Shown here: one piece after another, positions 5,415 through 5,874 of the stretch | Layout: each line of letters starts with the position of its first letter | How positions within the stretch are numbered: the first letter of the stretch is position 1 | DNA from: a virus | DNA: 5,874 nt | IMG/VR virus record: IMGVR_UViG_3300045988_010385 | Location: 1-5,874 of that record | Direction: 5' to 3' (one strand) | Position numbers and translations under genes: made by a program | The notes under the pieces: generated by a model | What the model saw: only the letters and a program-made list of their open reading frames with translations | Databases searched by the model: none | Told to the model about the DNA's origin: nothing

Positions 5415-5591
5415 ATGGAAAAAGAGACACAATTGTTCGTTATATTTGAAATTGAATTCGTTAACGAGAAAACAGGACAGGTGGTAAGCCTAACTACCAC
5501 CTGTGGAAGCTACAGGGAGCTAGGAAAGTACTTAACAGAGATGAGCAAAAAATCATGGAAAATGGTAAAAGTGACAAAGAAAGAAAACTGA
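5415..5591 (+). CDS. Hypothetical small protein, 58 aa (second cassette ORF)
   Basis: The ORF track opens at GTG 5364, overlapping the previous ORF. The first ATG is at 5415, 11 nt after the previous stop, again in the context ATGGAAAA. The product is MEKETQLFVIFEIEFVNEKTGQVVSLTTTCGSYRELGKYLTEMSKKSWKMVKVTKKEN. No family was recognised. Confidence 0.55.
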   Translation: MEKETQLFVIFEIEFVNEKTGQVVSLTTTCGSYRELGKYLTEMSKKSWKMVKVTKKEN

Positions 5592-5767
5592 TGATGCTAC
5601 TAGTAGTGGCATGGATAATGGCAGCAACACTAGGAGGATGCGTAATAAGTCTGAACATACAGAAGAATAATCAGGACAGCACACAATCCGTATCACAGGA
5701 AAACGAGGCAGCGCAAAAAAATGATAGTACAAACTTTAAGATGAGTCTAGATAATGGAAAAGAATGA
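5555..5767 (+). CDS. Small secreted or membrane protein with a lipoprotein-type signal peptide, 70 aa (third cassette ORF)
   Basis: The ATG is at 5555 (ATGGAAAA). An alternative ATG at 5591 overlaps the previous stop (cTGATG). The n-region is MENGKSDKERK, the hydrophobic core is LMMLLVVAWIMAAT, and the lipobox-like LGGC has its Cys29 codon TGC at 5639..5641. The mature part is a 42-aa Q/N/S-rich hydrophilic peptide. The sequence fits my recollection of the PROSITE lipoprotein rule: K/R in the first 7 residues, Cys between positions 15 and 35, and no charged residue in the 6 positions before the lipobox. Confidence 0.65.
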   Translation: MENGKSDKERKLMMLLVVAWIMAATLGGCVISLNIQKNNQDSTQSVSQENEAAQKNDSTNFKMSLDNGKE

Positions 5768-5874
5768 GAATAATTACAACGAAGTATACAAGGGAATCAC
5801 AAGAGTTATAAAGACTAAGAAGCATGACGAAGATGAATGGTTTGCAGTAATCGGGAACACAATCATTTCACGAG
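5754..5874 (+). CDS. 5' part of the junction-spanning 83-aa hypothetical protein (fourth cassette ORF). It continues at window position 56 and ends at 186.
   Basis: The ATG is at 5754 (ATGGAAAA), just after an in-frame TAG at 5748..5750. It overlaps the end of ORF 5555..5767 by 14 nt. The frame stays open across the 5819-nt circle junction to TGA 184..186. Confidence 0.6.
   Translation, partial: MEKNENNYNEVYKGITRVIKTKKHDEDEWFAVIGNTIISR
5820..5874. repeat. Terminal redundancy, copy 2 (identical to 1..55)
   Basis: See the feature at 1..55. Confidence 0.95.

Overview
The window is a complete, circularly closed ssDNA phage genome of the family Microviridae. It is not phiX-like. The gene order VP1 -> VP2 -> VP4 and the ~5.8 kb size fit an Alpavirinae-like lineage. 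Bases 1..55 are identical to 5820..5874, so the unit genome is 5819 nt and the window is permuted inside a small ORF. All supportable genes are on the + strand. They are the major capsid protein VP1 (183..2174), a small VP3-position protein (2186..2518), the pilot/minor capsid protein VP2 (2618..3694) and the rolling-circle Rep VP4 (3904..4842). After Rep comes a ~340-nt AT-rich, repeat-dense non-coding control region (4843..5184). A cassette of four tightly packed small ORFs follows (5185..5403, 5415..5591, 5555..5767, and 5754..junction..186). All four begin with ATGGAAAA, and the last one overlaps the VP1 start (ATGA). No start codon has a Shine-Dalgarno sequence, and a TAnnTTTG -7 box sits upstream of the cassette. 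Both point to a Bacteroidota host. The most interesting items are: (1) the uncharacterised four-ORF cassette, which includes the only membrane-targeted protein in the genome, a 70-aa signal-peptide/lipobox protein that may act in lysis or superinfection exclusion; (2) iteron-like repeats just downstream of rep that share words with the phiX174 origin; (3) an AGTTATGAACA motif phased at exactly 43 bp, each copy carrying an ATG; (4) a duplicated leader segment ending in poly-A tracts at the start of the cassette; (5) an 18-bp compound hairpin upstream of rep. All family and function calls rest on remembered motifs and on reading the sequence. No searches were run.
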